The translations under genes and the position numbers were made by a program. From Octopus vulgaris (Eukaryota): 64,000 bases of DNA. The stretch covers positions 137,702,001 to 137,766,000 of the forward strand of contig OX597815.1 in assembly GCA_951406725.2 (NCBI GenBank). Direction: 5' to 3'. Every line of letters starts with the position of its first letter. Positions within the stretch are counted from its first letter, which is position 1. This document shows positions 39,037 to 52,742 of the stretch, piece by piece. The notes below the pieces were generated by a model, which saw only the letters and a list, made by a program, of their open reading frames with translations, was not told the origin of the DNA and ran no database searches.

Positions 39037-39560
39037 GGGCGATGTTTCGCTTGTCGTAGCACAGGTTTCCGTCGATTTCCTCCGTCGATTGTCGATTTCC
39101 GTAAAAAATGTAAACACTGAATCGGCCATACATACATACATACATACATACATACATACATACATACATACATACATACACACACACATACATGCAGACA
39201 TACATATACACATACACCGAGTAAAAAATTACACTGAATCGGCCATACATACATATATACACACATACACACATACATGCAGACATACATATACACATAC
39301 ACCGAGTAAAAAATTTCAGTTATCTCTCTCTTTCACACATTACTCTCTCTGTCTCTTCGCACACACTAACAGAAGCACTTCACTTACACAACATACTGTC
39401 TGTCTCCCACACCCCATCAAACACACACACGGGGACTTCAAAGAGAAATTTCCTCGTCATAAAATCGCTTCCTCTTAGTCTCTTTCGCTCTCATTACTTA
39501 TGTAAAAAAATAAAAGTTTTTTACGGAAATCGACGGCTACGACAAGCGAAACATCGTCCT
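39037..39560. mobile_element. Foldback-type element, copy 2 (left arm largely deleted)
   Basis: Termini GGCGATGTTTCGCTTGTCGTAGC / GCTACGACAAGCGAAACATCGTCC; right arm matches 36540-36730. Confidence 0.75.
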
Positions 39561-39618
39561 AACTTGATCTATCTGTGACTAAACCTCGATTTAATTTCAT
39601 TTTAGACACACTTTGTTA

Positions 39619-40615
39619 TCTCTTATTATAAAAGGCAGATTTTATCTGCCTCCCTTTGTCTCTTATAGAAATCTACAATATAGGATTTCTTCAATTACAA
39701 TTTACCTAGCATTTTTAAGAGTAGAATACATCGGGTCGTGCCAGGTAGTTTTTCAAATTTCACCCCCAATTAAGCAAAATTTCGAGAAAACTCACATTGT
39801 GGTGTGTAAGTGAAGTGCTTTTCTTAGTGTGGGCTACAGCACACACACACACACACACAAACGGAGCGAACTGCTTCACTCATGCTATCACCCTAATTTC
39901 TCCTCCTTTCTCTTTGCAAGTGTGCAACGATTAAAGTGAAAGTATTTATATAAAACGGATGAACTGCTTCACTCATGCTATCACCATAATTTCTCATACT
40001 TTCTCTTTGCAAGTGTACCTTAAACCACTACTCAAAAAAAAAAAACACAGCAAACAGAAACAAATAAATACATAACGATTTACTCCTCACACAATTTCTT
40101 CAATTAGAGTTTACCTATGATTTTTCAAAGTACTTCCATTCGGTCATGGCATACAAAATTTCTTTCAATTTCACCCCCATTTCAGAAAAAATTCGAGAAA
40201 ACTAAATATTTTACCATTTCACTCTTTCACTCTGCATATTACTCCCACTTCCTCTTTACACACATAGACACGCAAATATATAAATAAAATTGTAAGCTAA
40301 CGTGTGTGTGCGTGTGTGTGAGTGTGTGTGTGTGTGCGTGTGCGTGTGTGTGAGTGTGTGACAGGGATGACCCAGTCAGACTGGTCATCCTTTTTGCTAG
40401 AAGATCACCTATGGTCTTATATGCTACACCACTGGTTTTCAGTTCATATTAATCAAATTAATATTCACAACAAGAAGGACTATTCATTATAATACATCAG
40501 TTCCACACATTTACCCTGGTTCCATTTCGGACAACTGCACAAACATTTGCCATTTCACACATGTATGTAAACAAATTCCTTTCTTAAAAATTTCAATTCA
40601 TTTTCTTTTTCAATT
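39619..40615 (+). mobile_element. Helitron-like 5' region
   Basis: A|TCTCTTATTATAAAAGGCAG start resembles 16465; internal duplications at 39868/39961 and 39755/40166. Confidence 0.45.
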
Positions 40616-41135
40616 CATACAAAGTTTTTTAGGACGAATATAAGATCTAAAGTATATCCAAGTAGCAGAAAGATCGCACAAAAGTGTATATAGATATTTA
40701 AATGTATTTATATATTCATCTATACACAGATGTATGTATAATGTGTGTATATATTTCCATAAACGTAACCATTCACTCCGCACAAAGTTTTTTAGGACGA
40801 ATATAAGATCTAAAGTTATCTCTAAGTAGCACAAAGATCGCCCAAAAGTGTATATAGATATATAAATGTATTTATATATTCATCTATGCACACATGTATG
40901 TATAACGTGTGTGTATATATTTCCATAGAGGTAACCATTCACTCCATACAAAGTTTTTTAGGACGAAAATAAGATCTAAAGTTATCTCTAAGAAACAGAA
41001 AGATCGCCCAAAAGTGTATATAGATATTTAAATGTATTTATATATTCATCTATACACACATGTATGTATAATGTGCGTGTATATATTTCCATAGAGGTAA
41101 CCATTCACTCCATACAAAGTTTTTTAGGACGAAAA
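40616..41135. repeat. Tandem repeat, ~165-bp unit, about 3 copies
   Basis: CATACAAAGTTTTTTAGGACGAA (or a close variant) recurs at ~40616, 40780, 40945 and 41111. Confidence 0.92.
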
Positions 41136-41136
41136 T

Positions 41137-41981
41137 ATTTATATATAAAAGAAAGGTTGTGTGTCTGTCTACTCCGATTTAGATTCCTAACTACTCCCAC
41201 ATTTTGCGATGCAGTTTAACCAAAACCGGGTATCTTATAATCGTGATTCATATCGAGCCCTTCTGGGTATTAGCGCGCGTCTACGATGAGTCTACGATTT
41301 TACAAATAATTTACCATCATTTTTTTCCATTTTAATGCATATTTTTTTAATAAAGGGAAGTAACTCTCAAACTTCACACCAATATGCGTGCTCATATGCG
41401 ACGTAATATCACATCAGCAGCATTTCCTCACACCCTCCTTGCACTTGGCGAAGGCAAAATACCAGGGGATGAAAATGGTAATATTGCCATCGATTCCATT
41501 TGTACCATTGTTAAGACGCCTTCTGATCTCAGAGATGCAGTGTTCCCAGATCTACAAGCTAATTATCAGAATATGGATTGGATTGGCAAAAAGGCTATAC
41601 TGACCCCGAGGAATAAAACTGTTCACCATATTAATGATGAAATGCTAAAACTCATTCCTGGGGAAGTCTATGTATATCAGTCTATCGATACAACTCCTGA
41701 CTCAGAGGACGTCATCAACTATCCAATAGAGGTACTCAATTCCTTTGAGCACCCCGGACTACCACCACACTTTCTCAAACTTAAAGTTGGTGCCCCTATA
41801 ATGCTCATCAGAAATTTGGTTCCCCCAAAACAATGCAATGGCACACGTTTTATCGTTAAGTCCTTATCTCCCACCGTAAACTTATATCAATATTTGCCTG
41901 AATAATCATCATAATTCAGTGCAATCATTAACAGTACTTTCAAGCAATTCAGCCCCGAGCAACGCCGGGCAATTCTGCTAG
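41137..41981 (+). mobile_element. Helitron deletion derivative carrying a PIF1-type helicase fragment
   Basis: First ~190 bp match 33300-33500; ends CCCGAGCAACGCCGGG...CTAG. Confidence 0.9.
41384..41905 (+). pseudogene. Helitron RepHel PIF1-like helicase fragment
   Basis: AILTPRN..V..IN, YPIEVLNS...PGLPPH.LKLKVGAPIMLIRNL, CNGTR. Confidence 0.9.
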
Positions 41982-42477
41982 ATAACTGCGAACATGATCT
42001 GTAAACGATAACTTTTTAATACAATATGTGTACATTTTCATAAATGTTTCTCTTGAGCGATCACCCCTACAAATACCCGCACATAGTTCTTAGGGACTTA
42101 ACAATCATGGCTGAAGTACAATTTTGGAAGTATTGTTCAAGTTTTTCTTATTTCGAAATTAAGAAAGTTATGTAAAAATAACTTCTTTTGCACGCACACA
42201 CACACTAGATAAAACTTCAGTGCGAATTATGTTGTCTCTTGCTGTGTGCACACGCATAATTAAGCTCAATTTCAATTGAAATGGCCTTTTTTTTTGTGAC
42301 GAGCGTATTTAAATGATTTTTTATATAAACTTAAAAGGAAGTTTTTGAGAAATCGTGTCGTTTAGCTGTTGTTTCTAGCATGTCAGAGGTGACATCTCCG
42401 CCCTCATCTTTTTTTTTTTTTTTCCAAAATTTCTTCGAGTTCCTGTTTTCGATATAGGAGATTAGAACTTTGGTCGA

Positions 42478-43421
42478 TCTTTCGTTTGTAGTAGCACGTT
42501 TCCGTCGATGATTTCCGTAAAAAAAACTATTATTTTTTTACATATGGGCTTGCGGGAACATTTGAAGTAATGAGAGCGAAAGAGACTAAGAGGAAGCGAT
42601 TTTATGACGAGGGAATTTCTTTTGAAGTTACCGAAGCATTGATGTACATGTGTGTGTGTGCGCGCGCGCGTGTGTGTGTGTTTGATGGGGTGTGGGAGAC
42701 AGACAGTATGTTGTGTAAGTGAAGTGCTTCTGTTAGTGTGTGTGAAGAGACAGAGAGAGATAACTGAAATTTTTTACTCGGTGTATGTGTATATGTATGT
42801 CTGCATGTATGTGTGTGTGGGTATGTATCTATGTATGTGTGTGTGTATGTATGTATGTATGTATGGCCGATTCAGTGTAATTTTTTACTCGGTGTATGTG
42901 TGTATGTATGTCTGCATGTATGTGTGTGTGTGTATGTATCTATGTATGTGTGTGTGTGTAAGTATGTGTGTATGTATGTGTGTATGGCCGATTCAGTGTA
43001 CACTCAATCGGCCATACATACATACACACATACTTACACACACACATACATTCAGACATACATATACACATACACCGAGTAAAAAATTACACTGAATCGG
43101 CCATACATACACACACACACATACATAGATACATACATAGATACATACATACATACATACACACACACACATACATACATACACACACACACATACATGC
43201 ATACATACATATACACATACACCGAGTAAAAAATTTCAGTTATCTCTCTCTTTCACACATTACTCTCTGTCTCTTCACACACAATAACAGAAGCACTTCA
43301 CTTACACAACATACTGTCTGTCTCCCACACCCCATCAAACACATACACACACGCGCGCACACACACGCGCGCACACACACACACACATGTACATCAATGC
43401 TTCGGTAACTTCAAAAGAAAT
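42478..43421. mobile_element. Foldback-type element, copy 3, with an ~800-bp mirror-symmetric core
   Basis: 42614-43421 is palindromic about ~43000 (TATGGCCGATTCAGTGTACACTCAATCGGCCATA). Confidence 0.8.
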
Positions 43422-44088
43422 TGAGGGCGGGGAGGGGGGGAGTTTAAAATTTTGAAAACGTGATTTGGGGGCAAAATCGTATTCTCCTATATCGAAAACT
43501 AAGAAATCCAAAGAAATTTTGGTAAATTTTCAGATTAACACCCGCACGATTTTCACCAAAACGTTTTTAAAAAACGGATTTTTTTGCCTGTAATCAAGTA
43601 CCCTGACCTAATATGCTGCAAATCACTTATTTTGGTTCGGAAAAGGAGGGGAGCGAATTGGAATTTTCTTTTTTTCGTTGAATGAATTCCTGTGACATCC
43701 TAAGGTTTACCCATCCTAATATGCTAGAAACAGACCATTTTTCCGGTATTATTCTATTACTTGCTTCAGTCATTTGACGGTGGCCATGCTAGAGCACCAC
43801 CCTTAAGTCGAAGAAACTGAGCCCTGGACTTATTCCCTGTAAACCTGATGCTTATTCCATCAGTCCCTTGTGCTGAACAGCTAAATTACAGACACGCAAA
43901 CGCACCAACATCGGTGTGAAGCAATGGAGGTGGAGGTGGGACAAACACACACACGTATATACATGTGGTAATAGTGTTTATTGACGTCTACTTTTTCAGT
44001 TCGTGGTGAGGTGCAAGCCAAGCCCTTGTTATAATTATGTAGTGGTAGTGGTGTTGCTGGCTGGTGCGATTTTGTGGATTGCTGGTAT

Positions 44089-44146
<58 letters not shown>

Positions 44147-45509
44147 GGCCACACATACATGCACACAGACACAAACACATACCTAGACAGAGCGGCAGAC
44201 AGTGTCAAATAGTCCGCAACGAAGTTTTACACCTCTCTCTCTCCTTACTTGCTTTGCCATTTACTGGAATTGTTTTAGCTGTCTTAAAAAGTGAAATTGA
44301 TATCCAATATTTGCTGTGTGTAAGTATCTACTGATTTAAGTATCTACTCTCTCTCTTTCTCTTCCTTTGTGTCCCTCTTCTCTCCCGCTTTTGATTTAAC
44401 AATGTGTATACGTATCTATGTATCTATTTCTCTTGCGATGAATGCCGTCACCACTCACTGTCTCTTTCACTCTCTCTGTTCTCTTCTCTCTCACTTTGTC
44501 ACTTTGAAGTGTGACACACAACACAGGTACGTACAAAAACAAAAAGTCAGCGTATTAATATTATTGATGATTTTCACGCTTGTTACTATGGAAACAGGTA
44601 TGAATGTGTGTGTGGCTTACAATTGGCTAAAATTACCCAAAATTTTCAAACTTTATTTGCTAATAACTTTTTATTTATTGATTTATAGCAAAAATTATTT
44701 TTACATCAATCATTCATCACACTGAATATGAAATCAATTCGAACATAAGTGATGCTGGTAGCCAAACCGAATAGATCCGCTGTTTTATGTAAGTGTTCGG
44801 CAATTTCCGGAAAAAAATTTTTATTTCTTTAATTTTTCTTTTTTTTCTTCTTTTTTTCACAAGCTGGTAATGCCGAAACTGTTTCATGTACACATAAGAT
44901 AGCTGAACACTCGCGCACACGCAACATTTTTCAATAAAAGGTTAGGGTTTTTTTTTTTTTCCAGAAATTACCGAACACAGAAAAAAAAGAGCTGATTTTC
45001 ATTTGACACTCTCGATACCAATAACGAAGGATCGCCCAATTCTGATATAACTCTAATCTACAACAACTAAAAAGTATCTATTTGTAAAAGTGAAACCAAA
45101 ACGAAAAATTTACGCCCATAATAGATATGACGAAATTGTTTCGCTTTTGCCAAAGTGAAACTGATGTCTTCTTTTTTTCATCTCACTTCTAGAGAAAGAG
45201 ATTTTACAAAATTCATATTTTGAGAAAAACAAATGCGTAATTGTAATCTCCTACGTTTAAAACAGATCCATATTCGCAGAAAACAGATTTTAGCGAACTA
45301 CAGGCAATTATTTCGATAGCCGTACGTGGAAAGTGAAAGTCTATCTTCAGGAATTTCCGTGAAAAATGTTAATTTAATTCTCTGAATCGCTTGTATTAAT
45401 GTACATTGTGTGTGTGTGTATGTGTGTATTTATAAAATCTGTGCACACGATCAAACCCCTCTGTGTTTTACTGTTTTATTGCCTTCTGTAGTTTTTAATC
45501 TAGGCTTTT

Positions 45510-45703
45510 TGTGGCACATCGGACAAAATGCTTTGCGACATTTATTCCGGCTCTTTACGTTCTGAGTTCAAATTCCGCTGAGGTCTACTTTGCCTTTTAT
45601 CCTTTCGGGGTCTAGGAAATAAGTACTAGTTGAGCACTGGGGTGGATGTAATTGACTAACCCCTCCCTTAAATTTTGTCTTGCGCCTAGAGTAGAAGGGA
45701 TTA
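45510..45703 (+). mobile_element. tRNA-derived SINE (second family)
   Basis: B-box-like GAGTTCAAATTCC followed by CTTTGCCTTTTATCCTTTCGGGGTC..ATAAGTAC; diverged reverse copy at ~48270-48435. Confidence 0.65.
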
Positions 45704-47815
45704 GGTACTTGTATCGCAGAGTGCGATACAAGTACCAAGGGGATTATTATTATTAAAACAAGTTTGTTTTCATCTATCCAGAGTAGTTAAAATAAAGTAC
45801 TAGTATTTTGACTATCACACCCAGCTCATGAGGCAGGTTCAACAGTAAAAATTAAACGAAAAGGGGAACGAGGAAATGTTTTCAAAAAAAGAAATTAATT
45901 TTTTGAACTAAAAACTGTTTCGCAGAAACACCCACTTAATTCCTTTCATTTTCTTTCTCCGTGAGGTAGTAATAGCTATTCCGAAAATCCGCTGACCAAA
46001 GTAAAAATAGTAAAAATTCAACACATCTTGTTTTAATTATTGTACTTTTTAAATATTTTTATTCTTCGTCTCGTTTTATTAAATCTTCAATCCGTCTATT
46101 GTATAACATCATTGCTCTTCCTCACATCTTTATACAACTTAGTCGGGCATAGCCCTTTTCGGTTAAAAAAAATTGTAAATATTTTCAAAGGAAAAAGTGT
46201 GTAATCTAAGGGAGATTTGGCTGTTGTTTCTTGCATATCCCAAGACAAACCTCGTTTCTATCTCAATCGCATGTATCCGATGTTTTGCGATATTTTTTCT
46301 TCCCATAAAAACATTTATGCTATAAAAACAGATTTGAAATTTTGATTTTTTTTTTTTTTCAACTCCACTCCCCTCCTCCGTTAAAAGGAGTGCCTGAGGT
46401 CATTGCTGGTATTTATCCCAAAACTTTTTTTTTTTTTTTTAATGTAAAAAGTAATTCATTTTAATAGCATACTTTTCTTACACACACACACACGGCCTCA
46501 CTTCACTGAGGTGCGGGTAAAAGTTTGAACTACCATCTCGGAAAAATTATTTCTCATAAATCCCTATATACTCTAAATCTAAAGCATCTAAGCGGTATTT
46601 GTTCAAAATTTCGTTAAAAAGTATTCATTTTTCTGGAAATTATGAGGCAACAAAGTCGGGTTGGGGTAAAGATCTGTAGTTATGCCAAAATATCTTTACG
46701 TAATGAATAGTAAAATAGTATTTTCTCATATTAATCTATTACGTATTTTGAGTTCTACTGATTACACAAATCATGAGAAAAATAACAAAACTAAGCACAT
46801 ACAATATGTAAACCAACACAACCAAGCTATACAAAATATACACGAAGTACAGTTCAGCAAACAAGGAAAAGTAAATGATTTTACTCTGTTCTATTCATTT
46901 TAAATGTTACTAAGCAGGAAGTTGACAGACGAACATAAGCGAAAATCCGATGTGTCAAACGTATTAAACAAGAAATAATATCAACAGAATTAATGGCAAA
47001 TAAAATGGTAAAATAATCAACTTACATCTCATAAAAGGCATGTATGGTAGTAGATGAGTAGCCTCTATGTATCCAACACACAGAGGATTTATTGAGTTAA
47101 ACAGTTTTTCAAACCTCTCTGCCATTGTTTTAAGGTTCTTTTATTTCACACCCGTTTTTATATCTTTTGTTTTTCTGCTTTTATTCTTTCTTTTTTCCTC
47201 GGAAATTATTGGGGACTAATGTATCCTATGTGATGTAAATGAGTGTTTGTCAAAATAATCGTATCGTATTAGAAGCACAACAGGTAATAAGCTCAATTGT
47301 GGGAAGTAGACAAATGTAAGCACTTCCACAGAAACAGAAACTAAATGTGTCAACAAGTTATTGGTCGGTTTAAAATGAAACTGAAAATTCCCCGAAGGTT
47401 ATAAAGAAATTTATATCAAACATTCGAGAAGCTTCGTTATATAAAAATAATTTAATAATGACAAAGCAGCGAAGTTTCTTTTCTTAGTAAGAGGAAAATT
47501 CCAAAATATGATTAGAAATTGAAATGAAATACCTACGAAATAGAGCAGTCAACATCTATAGGTTGTCTTGCCGTATTTACTAGCGTACAATGCTATCGCG
47601 AAAAAGTGATTACTACCCACTTTTGTACCTAAAAATCAACAATATATTTTATCTTACTTTTTATTTCACACTCAACTATAAATGCTACGCCCAACTCAGT
47701 TTTGATCGATGTTTTGTATTTAATTATGCACGAATAAATACATGAGGTGGATGGAAAAAGTCAAAATTATGACACTTATTATTTGAATACCATAAATTAT
47801 AGTTGAGGTAAGGAA

Positions 47816-48156
47816 GGATCTTTTCCTTTTGAACGGCAGTTTTCAACACACTTTCTAGTTAACTAAACACTTTTAAACTTCGTATACTGGTAGAATGTGT
47901 CAAAATAAAACATTTTTTTTCTCTTGGTTTTCTTGAGAAAATTGTAATTTGTAAGTTTAACGTAGTTTAATTTTTCGAATGTTATCCAATCCTATGGCCT
48001 CTATTGAGCTATAAACTTACAAATTACAATTTTCTCAAGAAAGCCAAGAGAAAAAAAAACGTTTTATTTTGACACATTCTTCCAGTATCCGAAGTTTAAA
48101 AGTGTTTAGTTAACTAGAAATTGTGTTGAAAACTGCCGTTCAAAAGGAAAAGATCC
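47816..48156. mobile_element. Merlin-like palindromic MITE
   Basis: TIR GGATCTTTTCCTTTTGAACGGCAGTTTT with ~140-bp arms; TSD TGAGGTAA at 47804-47811 and 48157-48164; related to 35324-35721. Confidence 0.82.
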
Positions 48157-48701
48157 TGAGGTAATTACATAATATTTTAAATAGTACATTAATTCAAAAC
48201 ATGTTCTACACGTCCTGTACATGAAGCATATACTGGATTCAATATTTGTTGTCCTGTGTTGATATAACGGGGTCACTTTAATGGCTTCTGATTTAGGCAC
48301 AGCTTTGAGGGGAGAGATTTAGTCGATAAAGATAAAAAATTAAATTAACCATGTCAGCATTTGAAACCAGAGCGTTAAAAAATGCCGCAAGGCCTTTTGT
48401 CCAACGCTCTAACTTTTCTGCCAATCCACCGTTCTAAACTGTTAGGTTAACATATTATGTGTGTGTAATTGCCTTAATATCGATAAGTCCGAAGAAGTGG
48501 GGGGCTACAGACACTCATATATTGGTTAATTATAATTAATAAAATGCAATATTCTCATGTCAGCCACTTTACCAGTCAGTTTCATACCAAGATATTAAGG
48601 TAATTCTAGCAATCATCAGAAAAGGTTTAAAGGAATACTATGATGTGGGTTCTTTGCTACTGGAGACCTAAAAGAGTCACATCCAGCAAGAAGGTTATAT
48701 G

Positions 48702-49335
48702 TGTAGTGAATCTTGCAAGCATGAAGTGGATTTGATCCACTATAGCCAAATCTAAATTAACACGGCAACAGAACTTTTCCCATAGTGGAACAATGGTTTT
48801 TCTGTGGCAGCAGTTTGACATTTGCCAGATTGCCTTTAGCTTGGCTGAAATAATGTCTTCACCAATTCACCAAAAGCTAGAATAGGGATAATAAGACCAC
48901 CAACTAAATCTATTGTTCTTGATGATATATCTATCCTTCTGGATAGTTATAAAAGCAAGAACACCTCAAGCAAAAATCAGTCGGTGACGACTCAACGAGT
49001 TAGTGACTTTGGTGACAACTAAGTCTGGCTGACCAACCTTGGTCAGAAGGAGAAATGAAGTTTACTGTCAGCAGCTGTGAGACAACGTCCCACAAACCTA
49101 CACCTTTCACTAGCTCTAATTCTGTTCTCTTACAACATCATCTATTGCTATCAGTGGATTAGTACTAACAATTTGTGTACGCCAAACTATGCAAAAAAAA
49201 TTCTACTGCATCTAACTTTCTTTTGTACGCTCTCGGATGTTATAACCTGCCCGTCGAGGTATGGTATTTTTCAACGTAACAGTAAATAAATACTTTCTTA
49301 AAACTTCATGCATTGTTCATCTTTCACATACTACA
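48702..49335 (+). mobile_element. Solo LTR
   Basis: TGTAGT...ACTACA termini; flanks ATATG / GTATG; AATAAA at ~49285; 5' part repeated at 26061-26135. Confidence 0.75.
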
Positions 49336-49756
49336 GTATGCAATTATAACAACAAATTTTATCGTTACAACTGCTGACTCTGACCTTCATATTATTGCTT
49401 ACTAGTCAATCTTACCTTTTACAATTGGTAACTACACGAAAATAATACCCAACCATTAAAACTGGTGACCATCAACTACAACTAAAAACTTTATCGTTAC
49501 ATATGGCTGTCAAAAAAAAAAAAAAAGAATGGAATGAAATCGCCCAGATCAAAACTGGGAACTTTTTTTTTGTGGTTCATTGGAGCTATATGTCTTGGAT
49601 TGGGAGCACCAGTCTTCACAATGCAAAAGATATTTGGTTGTAGACTAGGTCAGGGATGGTTAATTTTAATATGTATGTATATATATTTTCTCATCCATGC
49701 TAGCATGGAAGATAGACGTTAAACGATGATGATGACAATGATATATATATATATAT

Positions 49757-50232
49757 GCTGTGACTGCAAAGACCCGGGCTGCTTCCTGCACCAGTTCCAC
49801 ATAACCCCCTGCCCATTCAAAGTACCCTGGATCCCAGAACGTCCCACTGTGCTTGAGACCTGTTGAGTCAAGTACATGAACATCGAAATAAATATCAATG
49901 GAAATAGTAGTTGTGATACCTGTGCCGGTGGCACATAAAAAGCACCATCCGTACGTGGACGTTGCCAGCGCCGCCTCGACTGGCTTCTGTGCCGGTGGCA
50001 CGTTAAAAGCTCCAACCGATCGTGGCCGATGCCGGGCCCCCCTGGCATCTGTGCAGGTGGCATGTAAAAAGCACCCACTACACTCGCGGAGTGGTTGGCA
50101 TTAGCAAGGGCATCCAGCTGTAGAAACTCTGCCAGATCAGACTGGAGCCTGGTGCAGCCCCTGGCTTCCCAGACCCCGGTCGAACCGTCCAACCCGTGCT
50201 AGCGCGGAAGACGGACGTTAAACAATGATGAT
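49757..50232 (+). mobile_element. RTE 3' UTR copy
   Basis: Reverse complement of 54412-54900 and 21199-21565; GAT tail. Confidence 0.8.
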
Positions 50233-50269
50233 GTATATATATATATGTGTGTGTGTGTGTATGTATATT

Positions 50270-50650
50270 GTGGAGGCACAATGGCCCAGTGGTTAGGGTT
50301 GCAGACTCATGGTCTTAGGATCGCAGTTTTGATTCCCAGACCGGGTGTTGGGAGTGTTTATTGAGCGAAAACACCTAAAGCTCTATGAGGCTCTGGCAGG
50401 GGATGGTGGTGAACCCTGCTATACTCTTTCACCACAACTTTCTCTTACTCTTTCTTTCTCTTTCCATTGTACCTGTATTTCAAAGGGCCAGCCTTGTCAC
50501 ACTCTGTGTCACGCTGAATCTCCCCAAGAACTACGTTAAGTGTACACATGTTTGTGGAGTGCTCAGCCACATGCATGTTAATTTCACAAGCAGGCTGTTC
50601 TGTTGATCGGATCGACTGCAACACTCGTAATAACCGACAGAATGACAACA
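50270..50650 (+). mobile_element. tRNA-derived SINE (third family)
   Basis: A-box TGGCCCAGTGG, B-box-like GTTTTGATTCCC, ACA-rich tail. Confidence 0.65.
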
Positions 50651-50697
50651 ATAAATATATATATATATATACACATATATATATATATATATATATA

Positions 50698-51235
50698 TCA
50701 TCATCATCATCATCATCGTTTAACATCCGCTTTCTATGCTAGCATGGGTTGGACGATTTGATTGAGGGCTGGCAAACCAAATGGCTGCACCAGGCTTCAA
50801 TCTTGATTTGGCACAGTTTCTACAGCTGGATGCCCTTCCTAACGCCAACCACTCCGAGAGTGTAGTGGGTGCTTTTACGTGTCACCTGCACGGGGCCAGT
50901 CAGGCAGTACTGGCAATGACCTCACTCGAATCTTTTACACATGCCACCGGCACAGGTGCCAGTAAGGCAATGCTGGTAACAATCACACTTGAATGGTGCC
51001 TTTTATGTGCCACTGGCACGGAAGCCGGTTAGCCACTCTGTCAACAATCACACCCATATGGTGCTCTTTGGACCCTGCTAGCACAGACGCCAGTCATTGA
51101 TTTTGATTTCATTTGCCTCAACAGGTCTTCGCAAGCAAAGTTTTGGTGTCCAAAGAAGGAAAAGGTACACATAAGTGGGCTGGCTATGCCCCTGGCATAG
51201 GCCATGAGATTATGGTTTCGTTTGGCTTGCCAGAG
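50698..51235 (-). mobile_element. RTE 3' UTR copy
   Basis: (CAT)n CGTTTAAC...CAGCTGGATGCCCTTCCTAACGCCAACC; closest to 59822-60307. Confidence 0.8.
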
Positions 51236-51305
51236 ATATATATGTAAATATTTATGTATCAACCCGTGCTAGCATGGAAAACGGACGTTAATTGATGATG
51301 ATGAT

Positions 51306-51866
<561 letters not shown>

Positions 51867-51869
51867 ATT

Positions 51870-52740
51870 TTAATCCAAACGGGAAAACAAAAAAACAACA
51901 ACAATGGAACAATTACAGTATTATTATTAATAGGCGCTCAGGAAATGGAAGCAGGAAGGTATGACGTTTCGAGCGGAGCTCTTCGTCGGAAACATAAAGA
52001 AGGAAGAGAGAGGAAAGAAAGATCCCAAAGCGGGCAACAGGAGATAGAGAAAAACGACTGGTGTTTACGAGTTACACATTGTGAAAGGTGGAAGTTTACG
52101 ATAACAAGAGCAAAGTAGGTTTTTAAAGCCAAAAGAGTGGAGACAAGGTTGGTAACGCAACAGATGTGTGAGTGTGTGCGTGTGCATGTGTGTATGTGTG
52201 TGTGTGAGGCGAGATAAAAAAACAAAAAATATATGTATGTGTTAGTGTGTGCGTCTGTGTGTAGGCGTGTGAGGTAGGGCGAGACAGTAGTAGGCATAGC
52301 AGACAGTGGTCAGTAGTAAGAAAAAGAAGGAAGGAGGAAGGGGTGGGGGCGTATGTAGCGTGCCAGCGTGTGTTGAGTAGTAGTGTGTGTGTGTGTCCAG
52401 TGTCGTGGTAGTATTAATGGCGAGTAGATTGAATGTGTGTAAGAGTAATGTATATATTTAAGCAATGTGTGTATATGTGTGCGCGTGTGTGTAACAAAAA
52501 AGGGGGGGGTTTAAGGAAAAAGGACTCCAGCTGAGGGGAAGATGGAAGAGTGGTCCCGCGGAGACGGGCGCGGGAAAACCCAACGACAAGCGACGGTCCC
52601 AGGAACGAGCGGGAGGTCTCGTCGGGTCCAAGAGCGAGGTGCATGCAGCGCGTATGCGTGCGCGAACCGGCGCAAGCGCGTGTGTGCGCGCGCCTGCAAG
52701 TATGCGCGTAAGTATGTATGTGTGTATGTATATGTGTAAA
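51870..52740 (-). mobile_element. Probable Penelope pLTR-like repeat with a degenerate minimal hammerhead
   Basis: Minus strand at ~51959-51994 reads GTTT-CCGACGA-A-GAGCTCCGCTC-GAAACGTC-ATAC. Confidence 0.45.
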
Positions 52741-52742
52741 AA

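Noticed and set aside
41384-41905. Host PIF1 gene
   Set aside because: Intronless internal fragment bounded by Helitron ends.
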